Assembly (NCBI GenBank): GCA_963837515.1
Contig: CAWINT010000011.1
Span: 249,242 to 313,241 of the forward strand
Direction of reading: 5' to 3'
Length of the DNA: 64,000 nucleotides
Origin: an uncultured Actinomycetes bacterium
Lineage (GTDB): Bacteria > Actinomycetota > Actinomycetes > Streptosporangiales > Streptosporangiaceae
Of the stretch, positions 17,887 to 26,420 are shown in pieces (within the stretch, counting starts at the first letter, position 1; each line of letters opens with the position of its first letter). Both the position numbers and the translations under genes were made by a program. The notes under the pieces were generated by a model. The model worked only from the letters and a program-made list of their open reading frames with translations, searched no databases and was not told where the DNA came from.

Positions 17887-18775
17887 CTACGGGGCCTGGC
17901 CGTTGCCGGTCACGGCGTGGTCCGCCCACGCGGCTCCAACGCCGTCCCCCGGCCACCAGTGGTCGAGCGGGCTCTCCCTGAAGAACAGGTAGTGGCGGCC
18001 GGTTCGCTCGGCCCAGTCGGAGAGCGCCGCCGAATCGTGGGCGTTGTCGGACAGCACGATCGCGCCGGGCCGCAGGCTGGCCTCAACCGCCTTCAGCTCG
18101 TTGCTCTCGTACTCGTAGGTGTGCAGGCTGTCGTGCAGGAAGATGTCCACGTCCCGCATCGCCGCCAGTGCGTCGAACGGAGCTGCCGGTGCGGCGGTCG
18201 ATGACGCGTGAATAGGGTTCGCCGATGAGGTGCCCGGCCGCTGGGTCGATGTCGATCGTGGTGAGCCGTCCGTGACCGTTACGGATGAGTGCGGCGGCTA
18301 TGACGCACGACCCGAGGCCGAGATGCGTACCCGTTTCGACGACGAGATCCGGCTGGGCAGCCCGGACGATGGCATACCAGCCGAACCGCCGGGCCCAGTG
18401 CGGTTCCGTGGCGCATATGTTCCGGCGCGGGTTGGATGCCAGCCGCCTGGTCAGGTGCTCGATGAGGTCTGTGTCGTGCTCCAGTTCCGTCCCCCACTCC
18501 CGCACCTGCCCGACCCCGGCCCCGGTGACCGTGGCGACGAACCAGCAGAGCTGGTCGCGGTTGAGCGGATCCAGGTCATAGGTGTAGTTCGTGGTTTCGC
18601 GGCTGTGCACGAGCCAGTTGAGCGAGCGCCCGATGACCCGGGCGTCGTAGCGTGCCACGGCCATGGTGCGCAACGGGAGAGCGGCGCCCCGGGCTACGGG
18701 CGAGGTCGCCAGGCGGCGCCGGATTCTGGTTTGCAGTGTCATGTATCCCCCCTCATCGGGACGGCCAGCCGTCAT
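17887..18775 (-). pseudogene. Class I SAM methyltransferase (Methyltransf_24/CmcI-like) interrupted by a frameshift
   Basis: The N-terminal part, with SAM motif LVVETGTHLGLGS...TTIDIDP, is in ORF 18083..18775. The conserved C-terminal part (DVDIFLHDSLHTYEYESNEL...) is in ORF 17887..18159 in another frame. That frame stays open upstream through ...STAAPAAPFDALAAM, so the frames switch within ~18160-18220. Confidence 0.6.
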
Positions 18776-20004
18776 GATGGTGTTTGCCAGGCCCGCGGCG
18801 CAGCGAGGTGCCGGGCGGGGTTGGCGATGGCGAAACGGTAGATCTCCAGTAGGTGGTCGAGGCTGCGCTGAGGGTCGAATCGCTGCTCATACGCCTTGCG
18901 AGCTTGATTCCCGTAGTCCTGGTACTGCTCCGGGCGCGCCTCGACGTCGGCGAGGGCTGCGGCGAGAGCCGCGGGGTCGCCGGGCCGGAACAGCACGCCG
19001 TCGATGCCGTCGCTGATCAGTTCGCCCAGCGAGCCGTGCCCGGCGGCAACGGCGGGTGTGCCCACCGCCATGGCCTCGACCACGACCAGGCCAAACGTTT
19101 CCTGCCACATGGAAGGAACGACGATCGCCCGCGCCGCCGCCATCAGTTCGGCACACCGGCTGGCTGGGACCTCCCCGGCCAGTTCGACGTCCGGGCGGGC
19201 CGCAGCCCAGGTGGCCACCTCATCCAGCAACGGGCCGGCGCCCGCGATGACCAGTCGCAAGCTGGAGCCAGCGGCGCTGCGGCGGTACTCATCCCAGGCG
19301 GCCATCAGCAAACGCACACCCTTGGCCTCGGCCAGACGGCCGGCGTAGAGGACGGTCGGCTCCCGCGCCACCGCTGGTGCGGCCCGCCGCGGTATCAGGT
19401 TGTGCCGGACGAAGACCCGATCCGGCGGGAGCCCGAGCCCGCCCAGCAGGTCGCGTTGTGCCGCGGAAATGAATATGTACGCGGAGACCAGCGATTTCCA
19501 GACCGGCCGGTGCACACTGACGGCCAGCGCGGCGGGGGCGCTGACCACACGCGAATCCTGGTAGCAGCCGTGCCGGACCGCCGGCAGGGGAAGGCCGTGG
19601 GCGCAGTCGTGGCAGATAGCGCCGTCCCGGAAGAAGGTACCGCTGGCGCACACCAGCCGGTAGTTATGCAAGGTAACCACGACGGGGACCGCTGCGGCCC
19701 GGCAGGCCCGGAGGATGACGGCCGGGCTCAGCAGCGGGAAGGTGTTGTGCACGTGGACGACATCAGGCTGGTTGGCCCGGAGGGAGGCGGACAGCTCCCG
19801 GTAGGTTGCGCCGCTCCAGAAGACCCGGGTGGGCAACGCGGCCTTCTTGGCCCGCGACCACCCGTCGATGTCGTCATTGTGCTTCTCGAAGCGGACCACC
19901 TCGTGTCCCGCTGCGGTGAGCGCCTCAGCCTCGGTGTCGACGACCCGGTTCTCGCCGCTCGGCATGTTCGAGCGGTACCGGTTGTGCACCAGCGCGATCC
20001 TCAT
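18772..20004 (-). CDS. Family-4 (GT-B) glycosyltransferase
   Basis: 410 aa. MRIALVHNRY... N-terminus and the E-x7-E region ETFGLVVVEAMAVGTP. ATGA overlaps at both ends. Confidence 0.8.
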   Translation of the reverse strand: MRIALVHNRYRSNMPSGENRVVDTEAEALTAAGHEVVRFEKHNDDIDGWSRAKKAALPTRVFWSGATYRELSASLRANQPDVVHVHNTFPLLSPAVILRACRAAAVPVVVTLHNYRLVCASGTFFRDGAICHDCAHGLPLPAVRHGCYQDSRVVSAPAALAVSVHRPVWKSLVSAYIFISAAQRDLLGGLGLPPDRVFVRHNLIPRRAAPAVAREPTVLYAGRLAEAKGVRLLMAAWDEYRRSAAGSSLRLVIAGAGPLLDEVATWAAARPDVELAGEVPASRCAELMAAARAIVVPSMWQETFGLVVVEAMAVGTPAVAAGHGSLGELISDGIDGVLFRPGDPAALAAALADVEARPEQYQDYGNQARKAYEQRFDPQRSLDHLLEIYRFAIANPARHLAAPRAWQTPS

Positions 20005-21248
20005 CCGGACCGCCAGTCGTCGATGGGCGGTACCAGCAGCGACGCGGCCAGGGCCAGGTCGAGCATGTACTCCGAGGCGTCGCCGAGCCCGGTCTCGGTG
20101 TACGAGGTGACCATGAGGTAGACGACGAGGAACAGGGCGAGAGCCCGCTGGACGTCGATGGGCTGGAAATACGCGCTCACGAACACGTACAGCAGCAGCG
20201 CCGCGGAGATCGCCACCCCGAGAAGCCCAAGATCCAGGTAGGTGGCCAGCCAGTTGCTATCGATCGGGAAGCCGTTGAAGGCCTTGTTCGACACCCCGTA
20301 GCCGAAGATCACCTGGAAGAGATCACGGGGGGCATTGACCACGCCCTCCCAGACCGCTGTCCGGCCCGTCAGGCTGTTCAGCTGCTGCGTACTCTCCCCC
20401 CGGGTCAGCCAGGCCGTGATCACGCCGGAGAAGGCGGTGATCCCCACCGACACCGCCAGGCCGACCGTCAGGAATGTCCGGCGCACCCGGGCTCTGGTCA
20501 GGAAGATGCTCAGCCCGCCGACGAGGACGCCGGCCAGCAGGGCGACCAGCTCAACCCGGGTGTGGGTCAGCAGCACCACGAGTATCGTGACCGCGATCGA
20601 CGGCGCGGCAACGCGGCCGCGCATGAGGCCGCAGAACCAGAGGATGATGAGGAGCCCGGCCAGAACGGCCGCCAGGTCCGCCACCCCGGCTGGCGCTATC
20701 GGCCAGAACTCGCCGGAAAGCCGGCCCTCGGCCATGGCCCGCCCCGGGGCTATCACCAAGCCCAGCAACACGGAGCCGACGACCACCGCGAGGGCCTTCA
20801 TCTGGCACCGGACCAGGAGCATGTCGCGCCGTCCCCACCAGGGAGTCAGCAGCCAGAGGGTGGCGACGAAGCCAGCGAGCCGGAAGGTGCGGTACAACGT
20901 GCCGATGACGTGTCCCTGCGGATGCAGCCCCGACATCAACGCCTCGATGACCAGCAGGCTCAGCAGGCACAGGAACACGTTGGGGCGGATGCGCAGCGGC
21001 CGGTTGATCACCATCGCCACCAGCAGGGCCGCGGGCAGGGATCCCTGGGTGATCAGCTTGCCGACCACAGACGGGATGTGAATGATCAACGGCAGGCCGT
21101 TCCAGGTGCCGGCCGCGAACGTCAGCACGTTCAGAAACAGCAGACCCCAGACCACGCCGACGCCGCGCCGCTCCCACCGTTCGCGGGCGGCTACGGGATC
21201 GGCCGCCGGGAGACCAGGGCGGAAGCTCGTGACGACGGACAGGCTCAT
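20001..21248 (-). CDS. O-antigen ligase/polymerase-like (Wzy_C family) integral membrane protein
   Basis: 415 aa, ~10-12 predicted TM helices, with a conserved LLTHTRVELVAL segment typical of Wzy_C proteins. ATGA overlap with the upstream PCP gene. Confidence 0.65.
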   Translation of the reverse strand: MSLSVVTSFRPGLPAADPVAARERWERRGVGVVWGLLFLNVLTFAAGTWNGLPLIIHIPSVVGKLITQGSLPAALLVAMVINRPLRIRPNVFLCLLSLLVIEALMSGLHPQGHVIGTLYRTFRLAGFVATLWLLTPWWGRRDMLLVRCQMKALAVVVGSVLLGLVIAPGRAMAEGRLSGEFWPIAPAGVADLAAVLAGLLIILWFCGLMRGRVAAPSIAVTILVVLLTHTRVELVALLAGVLVGGLSIFLTRARVRRTFLTVGLAVSVGITAFSGVITAWLTRGESTQQLNSLTGRTAVWEGVVNAPRDLFQVIFGYGVSNKAFNGFPIDSNWLATYLDLGLLGVAISAALLLYVFVSAYFQPIDVQRALALFLVVYLMVTSYTETGLGDASEYMLDLALAASLLVPPIDDWRSG

Positions 21249-23038
21249 CGCTGGGTGATCCGCCAGGCTTCATCCACCTGCGCCGGCGGCTCCGGTGCGG
21301 GCCGTGGGTCCGCTGGCTCCGGTGCGGGCCGTGGGTCCGCTGGCCCCGGTGCGGGGCGTGGGTCCGCTGGGCCCGGTGCGGGCCGTGGGTCGGCCATGCC
21401 GGATGGCGGCCCGGGCTGGGCCGGCGCGGTGGCTGGCCGGGCGGCACCGAGGCTCTCGTCGGTCGTGTCGGCGTCGAGCAGCACCGCCGAGACCGGCCTG
21501 GTGCCGGCGAGCCGGGTCATCTCCCCCACCGCATGGATCTTCGTCCACGACGACCGCCCGGCGGTCACCATGATCACGGCCGTCCGGGCCCAGGTCACCA
21601 GGTGCTCGCCGCCCAGGGACGGATCCAGCTGGACCAGGGTGAGCAGGATGTCCGCCGAGGCAGCGGCCCGGGCCAGTTCCGGGTCGGGCCGCTGGCCGGA
21701 TGGGACGGCCGGCCGCAGCGGCCCGGGGGCGGCCTCGTCACCCGGGACCGCGACCACCAGGTGCGCCCCGTCCACGGTGACCGTGCCGATTCCCGGCTGC
21801 CGGACGCCCAGCAGCCGCGCCGCCGAGGTGCCGTGGCTCAGGTCCGCCAGCATCACCTGCCGGCCCTGCTGGGCGTACGACAGCGCGAGCGATACCACTG
21901 ACAGGGCCGGTTCCTGCGTGTCGTTGACGGCCACGACGGCCAGGGCCGCGGGACGGGTTCCCCCGCGCGGCAATGCCTCCCGCAGGTGGGCCACGATGCG
22001 CTGCACCGGCGGGCGCTGCGCGGCAGCCAGCCCGCGCCCCCCCGGCCGCCAGCGCGGTCCCCGTACCCGGGTCACGCTCAGCCGTACCGGAACGCCCAGG
22101 GCGTGCGCCACATCGTCGCGCCGCCGCAACCGGTTCGACACCAGCGCCCGGACCACCACGATGACCAGGCCCAGCACCAGTCCGGCCAGCAGCCCGCCAG
22201 CGGCGTACTCGGCGACATGCTTGACCCGGCCGGGCGAGCCGGCCATGGCGGCGTCGAGTATCTGGCTGCCCTGGACCAACTGGGCCGTAGTCTGCCGCGT
22301 GGTCACCTGGCTGGTGGTCACCGCCTGCTGCAGCGCCGGCAGCTGGGTCTGTGCCTCGACGCGCTGGGCGCGCAGCGCGGTGAGCCTGGCCTGCTGTACC
22401 GGTGTGGCCGATTGCGCGGCCAGCTGGTTGATCTGCCTGGTCAGCGTATTGAGCTGCTGCTTGGCCTGAGTGACCTGCAGCTGCAGCGCGGTGAGCGCAT
22501 GCTGCTCCTCGGCCCGGAACTGCTCCGCGCGGTACTGCAGGAACGCAGCCGCCACGGCGTGCGCCGCTTTCACCGCCTCGCCGCTGGAGGATGCTTTCAG
22601 GCTGATCTGCAGCACCCGGTCGGTGACCGCGGTGACCTTGTAGGAGGCCAGGAAACTGCTGGGGCTCTCCGGCAGCCCGAGCTTCCGTACGGCCTGGGCG
22701 GCGACGGTGTGGCTCTGGGCCAGTGCGATGTCGGTCAGGATCGCGTCGGTGGGCAGCTCAACTGGATTGGGGACCAGGACCACGGACGTCGTGGCCTGGT
22801 AGGAGGCGTGCCGGGTGTAATAGCCGGCGCCGATGATCAGCCCGAGCACGGCCGTGGTGACCCACAACCAGGCGCCCCGCCGCGCGGCTGCGGTGATGAA
22901 TGGCCAGCCGGGCTGCCCGGTGGAGTACTCCTCGCCCGGTGGTTCAGCGGCGGGAAGGCCGTCGCCGCGAGGCGGGCTCTGCGCCGCGGCGTCGCGGGGC
23001 GCCACGGAAGCCGTTACCGTCCGTTCGCCGTCACTCAC
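21245..23038 (-). CDS. Wzz/GumC-like PCP protein B2 (paralog of A2) with a C-terminal nonapeptide repeat tail
   Basis: 597 aa. Collinear with A2 (RRGAWLWV.. / FLQYRAEQFRAE.. / ALAVVAVNDTQEPALSVVSLALSYAQQGRQVMLADLSHG). No GK[ST] P-loop. GTGA overlap with B1. Confidence 0.6.
   Translation of the reverse strand: MSDGERTVTASVAPRDAAAQSPPRGDGLPAAEPPGEEYSTGQPGWPFITAAARRGAWLWVTTAVLGLIIGAGYYTRHASYQATTSVVLVPNPVELPTDAILTDIALAQSHTVAAQAVRKLGLPESPSSFLASYKVTAVTDRVLQISLKASSSGEAVKAAHAVAAAFLQYRAEQFRAEEQHALTALQLQVTQAKQQLNTLTRQINQLAAQSATPVQQARLTALRAQRVEAQTQLPALQQAVTTSQVTTRQTTAQLVQGSQILDAAMAGSPGRVKHVAEYAAGGLLAGLVLGLVIVVVRALVSNRLRRRDDVAHALGVPVRLSVTRVRGPRWRPGGRGLAAAQRPPVQRIVAHLREALPRGGTRPAALAVVAVNDTQEPALSVVSLALSYAQQGRQVMLADLSHGTSAARLLGVRQPGIGTVTVDGAHLVVAVPGDEAAPGPLRPAVPSGQRPDPELARAAASADILLTLVQLDPSLGGEHLVTWARTAVIMVTAGRSSWTKIHAVGEMTRLAGTRPVSAVLLDADTTDESLGAARPATAPAQPGPPSGMADPRPAPGPADPRPAPGPADPRPAPEPADPRPAPEPPAQVDEAWRITQR
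21288..21395. repeat. 27-bp tandem repeat, 4 copies, in-frame inside the B2 3' end
   Basis: Copies at 21288-21314 and 21315-21341 are identical (ggctccggtgcgggccgtgggtccgct). Copy 3 has 2 mismatches and copy 4 is more diverged. It encodes (ADPRPAPGP/EP)x4 on the minus strand. Confidence 0.9.
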
Positions 23039-24324
23039 GATGAAGTCTCCGATGTGCTGCCGGCCAAGCGGGTCGGCCGTCGCTGGCGCCGGGACGGCAC
23101 CGGGTCGGGCATTCGGCCGGTGGTGTGGTCCGCCGGGTCGGGGTTGGCGACCAGGATCCCGGCGATCTGGCGGCCGTCACTGGCCGCGCTGACCGCGACC
23201 CGGGCCAGTTGCTCCGCGGTGGCCGCTCCGGCCGACACGCCCAGGACGGTAACGGCTGTGCGCATCGTCTCGGCCACCTGCGGGTCCTGTGCGTCCACCA
23301 CCGAGGTGACCACCGCCAGCGGTGCCTCCAGCGGCTGACGCGCACTGCGCCGGTCTCGCACCTCGATCCACAGCCGGCCCAGCCGCCGGGACGGCTCGGA
23401 TGCCGCCGCCGCGCACGCGGTGCGCAACGTCGCGGTCGCGTTTTCATCCTGCTCGGGACCCAGGACGAAGGCTGTGGAGATGCCCAGGGAGGCGGCATAA
23501 GCAGCCAGTTGCGGGCCGAGCGCGAGTGCCTTCGGGTCGGAAGACAGGGACAGGACAGCCAATGAGGTGCCATGCCCGTCCCGGGTGTCGGCGAGGCCCA
23601 GGTGGTAGAGGGCCTTGCGCAGGCCCCATGCCTGGACCGGCCCGGGTTCGTACCCCTCGAGAAGCCGGGCCCAGCCCGCGGCGTCGCCGGGGTGCGAGGT
23701 GGGCAGCGCGGCCAGGACCGGAGTCCCGATCGCGTCGGCTATCTCGTCGCGCCGGCGCAGCCGCCGGTCACCGCGCCCGATCACCAGCGCGATGATGGCT
23801 CCGGCCAGCAGCCCAACCACCGCCCCCAGCAGGCCCGTGGTCAGGAAGCGGACCGCCGCCGGAGACTGGCTGGCGGTCGTGGCGGGCTGCAGCATCCGGG
23901 CCGGCACCCGCACGATCGGGTCGGCGGCAGAACTGACGTAGCTGAGATAGCTGCGGGCGACGGTGTTCGCAGCGTCCTCGGCCTGCGCGGCGGTCTTGCC
24001 CTGGGCGCTGATGAAGATGATCTGCGGACTCACCTTGCCCGCCTGCACCCGGTCCTGCAGCGTCTGCAGCGGTACCGGTGGATGCACCTGGCGCGCGGCG
24101 GCCGACAGAACCGGGTAACTGTGTGCGACGACTACCTGGGTGCCGATCGTCCGGCTCGCCGCCGCTGGCAGCACCACCTGCGCCGTACTGGTGAACAGCG
24201 GCGGGCGGAGCACGGCGTACGCCACGCCGGCCAGGAGGCCCAGCCCGGCGGCGATGCCGAGCAGCAGCTTGTACCGCCACACGATCCGCATGGCCCGGCG
24301 CAGGTCCAGGGCCTGCTCGTTCAT
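23035..24324 (-). CDS. Wzz/PCP-like protein B1 (paralog of A1)
   Basis: ORF track 23035..24879. Start set to the ATG at 24324 (GGAGG upstream), giving MNEQALDLRRAMRIV..., which aligns with MSDEALNLRRSTRIL of A1. The longer form would overlap the upstream gene. Confidence 0.6.
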   Translation of the reverse strand: MNEQALDLRRAMRIVWRYKLLLGIAAGLGLLAGVAYAVLRPPLFTSTAQVVLPAAASRTIGTQVVVAHSYPVLSAAARQVHPPVPLQTLQDRVQAGKVSPQIIFISAQGKTAAQAEDAANTVARSYLSYVSSAADPIVRVPARMLQPATTASQSPAAVRFLTTGLLGAVVGLLAGAIIALVIGRGDRRLRRRDEIADAIGTPVLAALPTSHPGDAAGWARLLEGYEPGPVQAWGLRKALYHLGLADTRDGHGTSLAVLSLSSDPKALALGPQLAAYAASLGISTAFVLGPEQDENATATLRTACAAAASEPSRRLGRLWIEVRDRRSARQPLEAPLAVVTSVVDAQDPQVAETMRTAVTVLGVSAGAATAEQLARVAVSAASDGRQIAGILVANPDPADHTTGRMPDPVPSRRQRRPTRLAGSTSETSS

Positions 24325-24341
24325 CCGGCCTCCGCTCGACG

Positions 24342-26420
24342 TCACGGCAGTTCCCGCATTCCGGCCCGGGATGCCGCCCATGATACGACTGGCCTGGTCA
24401 AAACGGACTCCGTTGCCGGGTCGGCTTCGGTGAATTCGAGCCGCGTGGCCAGGGCCTCGCCGGGCGCCGCGCGCCCGCTGCCGAGCAGCGTGACCGCGGG
24501 GACGCGGCGCCCCAGGCCGCCGGAATACCAGCCGAGGATCGGGTCCGTCGAACCGCGGTGCAGGCTCCACCGCAGCCCAGCCGGCAGCACCAGCCGGGCC
24601 GCGCCCGGTACCCCCGCGGCTGGCCAGCGCAGGACCGCGCCGCCGGCATCGAGCTGGGCTTCCACCTCGGGACCGAGGTGGAAGCCCAGCCGCACATCGT
24701 GATTCCCGCCGACCTCGTCGATGATCTCGATACGGCGGGCGCCCCGGTCCAGCCGGACCGTGCGGCGGTGCCGGGCAGGCGGATCGAGCCGGGTGTAGCC
24801 GTCGTGTTCTCCCGTCCAGCTGGCGCTGCTGCCGGTGTCCCGGACCTCGGTTTCCCGGGCGGTGGCGTGCCGCAGCCACAGGAACGGGCCGCCCTCGGTG
24901 GACTGGTTCCGGCCGCCGAGTTCTACGGTGTTGTGCGCGATGGTGGACCGGAAGTAGGAGCGCCAGGCAGGCTCGCCGTGATAACAGTAGGTGCCCGGGT
25001 CGGCGAGGATGTCAACGCCGCCGTACCGGACCTCCACGGCGAGGGCATCGGCATGGGCGTGCGCCGCGATACTGAGGTATCCGTGCGGCCCGCCGTCGCA
25101 CCGGCACCAGATCTCCGGGCCCTCGCCCGGGGCCGTGCGCAGCAGGGTGATCCCCGCATCGGGGAAGCGCCACGGCCGCTCCGCCGGGCGGCCCGCCACC
25201 GCCCGGGGGCCGCCGGCCAGCGCCCCGACGAATGCGCTGCCCGCATCGGCCCCGGCGTCCGGCCACCAGCCCAGCCGGCCGAACACGGCCTCACCCGCCG
25301 CCAGCAGCGATCGCCAGCCGCCCCGGTCCGGGGCATCCAGCAGCAGCGCACGGCCCTCATCGCCGTCCCCCTGGCGGGGCGGTCGCAGCGCCTGGTCGAG
25401 CAGCGCCGCGGCGCTGTCCACCATGGCACACAGCCGCGCCCAGGCGGCCGGGGCGAGCGGGAAGCCGCTGGCCCCGGCCTCGACCGCCGCGACCACACCA
25501 AGTTCGGCGACGAAGCACTGGTAATCCGAAGCGAGCTCCCGGCCGATGCCGGACGGGAACGTGTTGCGGATCAGCTCGCGTTCGAGCAGCCGGGCCGCGG
25601 ACCGGCGCCACCGTCCGGTCTCCGGGAACCAGGGGAAGGCGCAGCTCGCCACGAGCTGCCCGGCCGCCTCGGCGATGACGTGATTGTTGGCGGACGAGCC
25701 GCGGCTGCGGAACGCCGCCAGGTACTGCTGATGCCAGCGGATCTGCCGGACCGCGAGATCGTTGCGCTCGAACAGGCTGGCCACGCCCGGCCAGTCCGCC
25801 AGCAGGCGGCGGATCCAGGCCATGCTGATCAGCCGGACCCCGGCTTCGATGCCGCTCGTCCAGTGCACCCCGGAGAGGAACGGGTTGGCCCGCCACCATG
25901 AGTCCAGCTGGGCCGCCACCCGCTCGGCGTAGCGCTCGTCGTGGCTGAGGAACCACGCGGTGGCCAGCAGCGTCAGGTGGTGCAGCCGGGAGATCTCCCA
26001 CACCTGCTTGACGTTGCCGGTCTGCTCTTCGGAACGATGGTTGATCCGGAAGGCGTATGTGTCCGCCGGTGACCGGCGGCCGGTGACCGGGTCGCGGAAC
26101 CAGTCCGGCTGGGCCAGGTCGGTCCGCGGGACGCCGAGCACTTCCCACTCGCCGGCCAGCAGCTGATCCGCGGCGGCCAGGATGGCCGCGCGGGCCCCGG
26201 CCGGCACGTTCCCGGCCGCCCCCGGCGGCAGGGTGGCGGTGAACCGCCGGTCGCCGGGGGGCAGCGGGGGCAGCCCGGCGAGCTGGCCGGGGCGCACCTG
26301 CCGCCGTGACCAGGCCGCGTACCTGGCCTGGTCACGGGCCCGCCACGCCACCTCGGCCGGTGACATCCGGGCTGCCCGCCGGGCATACCAGCCGAGTCGT
26401 GATCCGCTACCGCTGCTCAT
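24342..26420 (-). CDS. Heparinase II/III-like protein, no signal peptide (alginate-lyase-like N-domain + Hepar_II_III C-domain)
   Basis: 692 aa. The region DGGPHGYLSIAAHAHADALAVEVRYGGVDILADPGTYCYHG...TIAHNTVELGG matches the heparinase II/III family signature. The N-terminus MSSGSGSRLGWYARRAARMSPAEV has no hydrophobic h-region. Confidence 0.65.
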   Translation of the reverse strand: MSSGSGSRLGWYARRAARMSPAEVAWRARDQARYAAWSRRQVRPGQLAGLPPLPPGDRRFTATLPPGAAGNVPAGARAAILAAADQLLAGEWEVLGVPRTDLAQPDWFRDPVTGRRSPADTYAFRINHRSEEQTGNVKQVWEISRLHHLTLLATAWFLSHDERYAERVAAQLDSWWRANPFLSGVHWTSGIEAGVRLISMAWIRRLLADWPGVASLFERNDLAVRQIRWHQQYLAAFRSRGSSANNHVIAEAAGQLVASCAFPWFPETGRWRRSAARLLERELIRNTFPSGIGRELASDYQCFVAELGVVAAVEAGASGFPLAPAAWARLCAMVDSAAALLDQALRPPRQGDGDEGRALLLDAPDRGGWRSLLAAGEAVFGRLGWWPDAGADAGSAFVGALAGGPRAVAGRPAERPWRFPDAGITLLRTAPGEGPEIWCRCDGGPHGYLSIAAHAHADALAVEVRYGGVDILADPGTYCYHGEPAWRSYFRSTIAHNTVELGGRNQSTEGGPFLWLRHATARETEVRDTGSSASWTGEHDGYTRLDPPARHRRTVRLDRGARRIEIIDEVGGNHDVRLGFHLGPEVEAQLDAGGAVLRWPAAGVPGAARLVLPAGLRWSLHRGSTDPILGWYSGGLGRRVPAVTLLGSGRAAPGEALATRLEFTEADPATESVLTRPVVSWAASRAGMRELP

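Noticed and set aside
11573-18775. Programmed ribosomal frameshifting or phase variation as the explanation for the two split genes
   Set aside because: Neither site has a slippery heptamer or a homopolymer/short-repeat tract. A simple mutation or a sequencing error is more parsimonious.
12863-24324. Annotating the four PCP-like proteins as bacterial tyrosine (BY) kinases
   Set aside because: No GK[ST] Walker A in the cytoplasmic domains and no C-terminal Tyr cluster. The single GKT in B1 is in the extracytoplasmic loop. They are called PCP-like with a degenerate ATPase-like domain instead.
24342-26420. Heparinase II/III-like protein as a secreted EPS lyase
   Set aside because: The N-terminus has no hydrophobic signal segment, Tat motif or lipobox, so a cytoplasmic role is more consistent. 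The function is left open.
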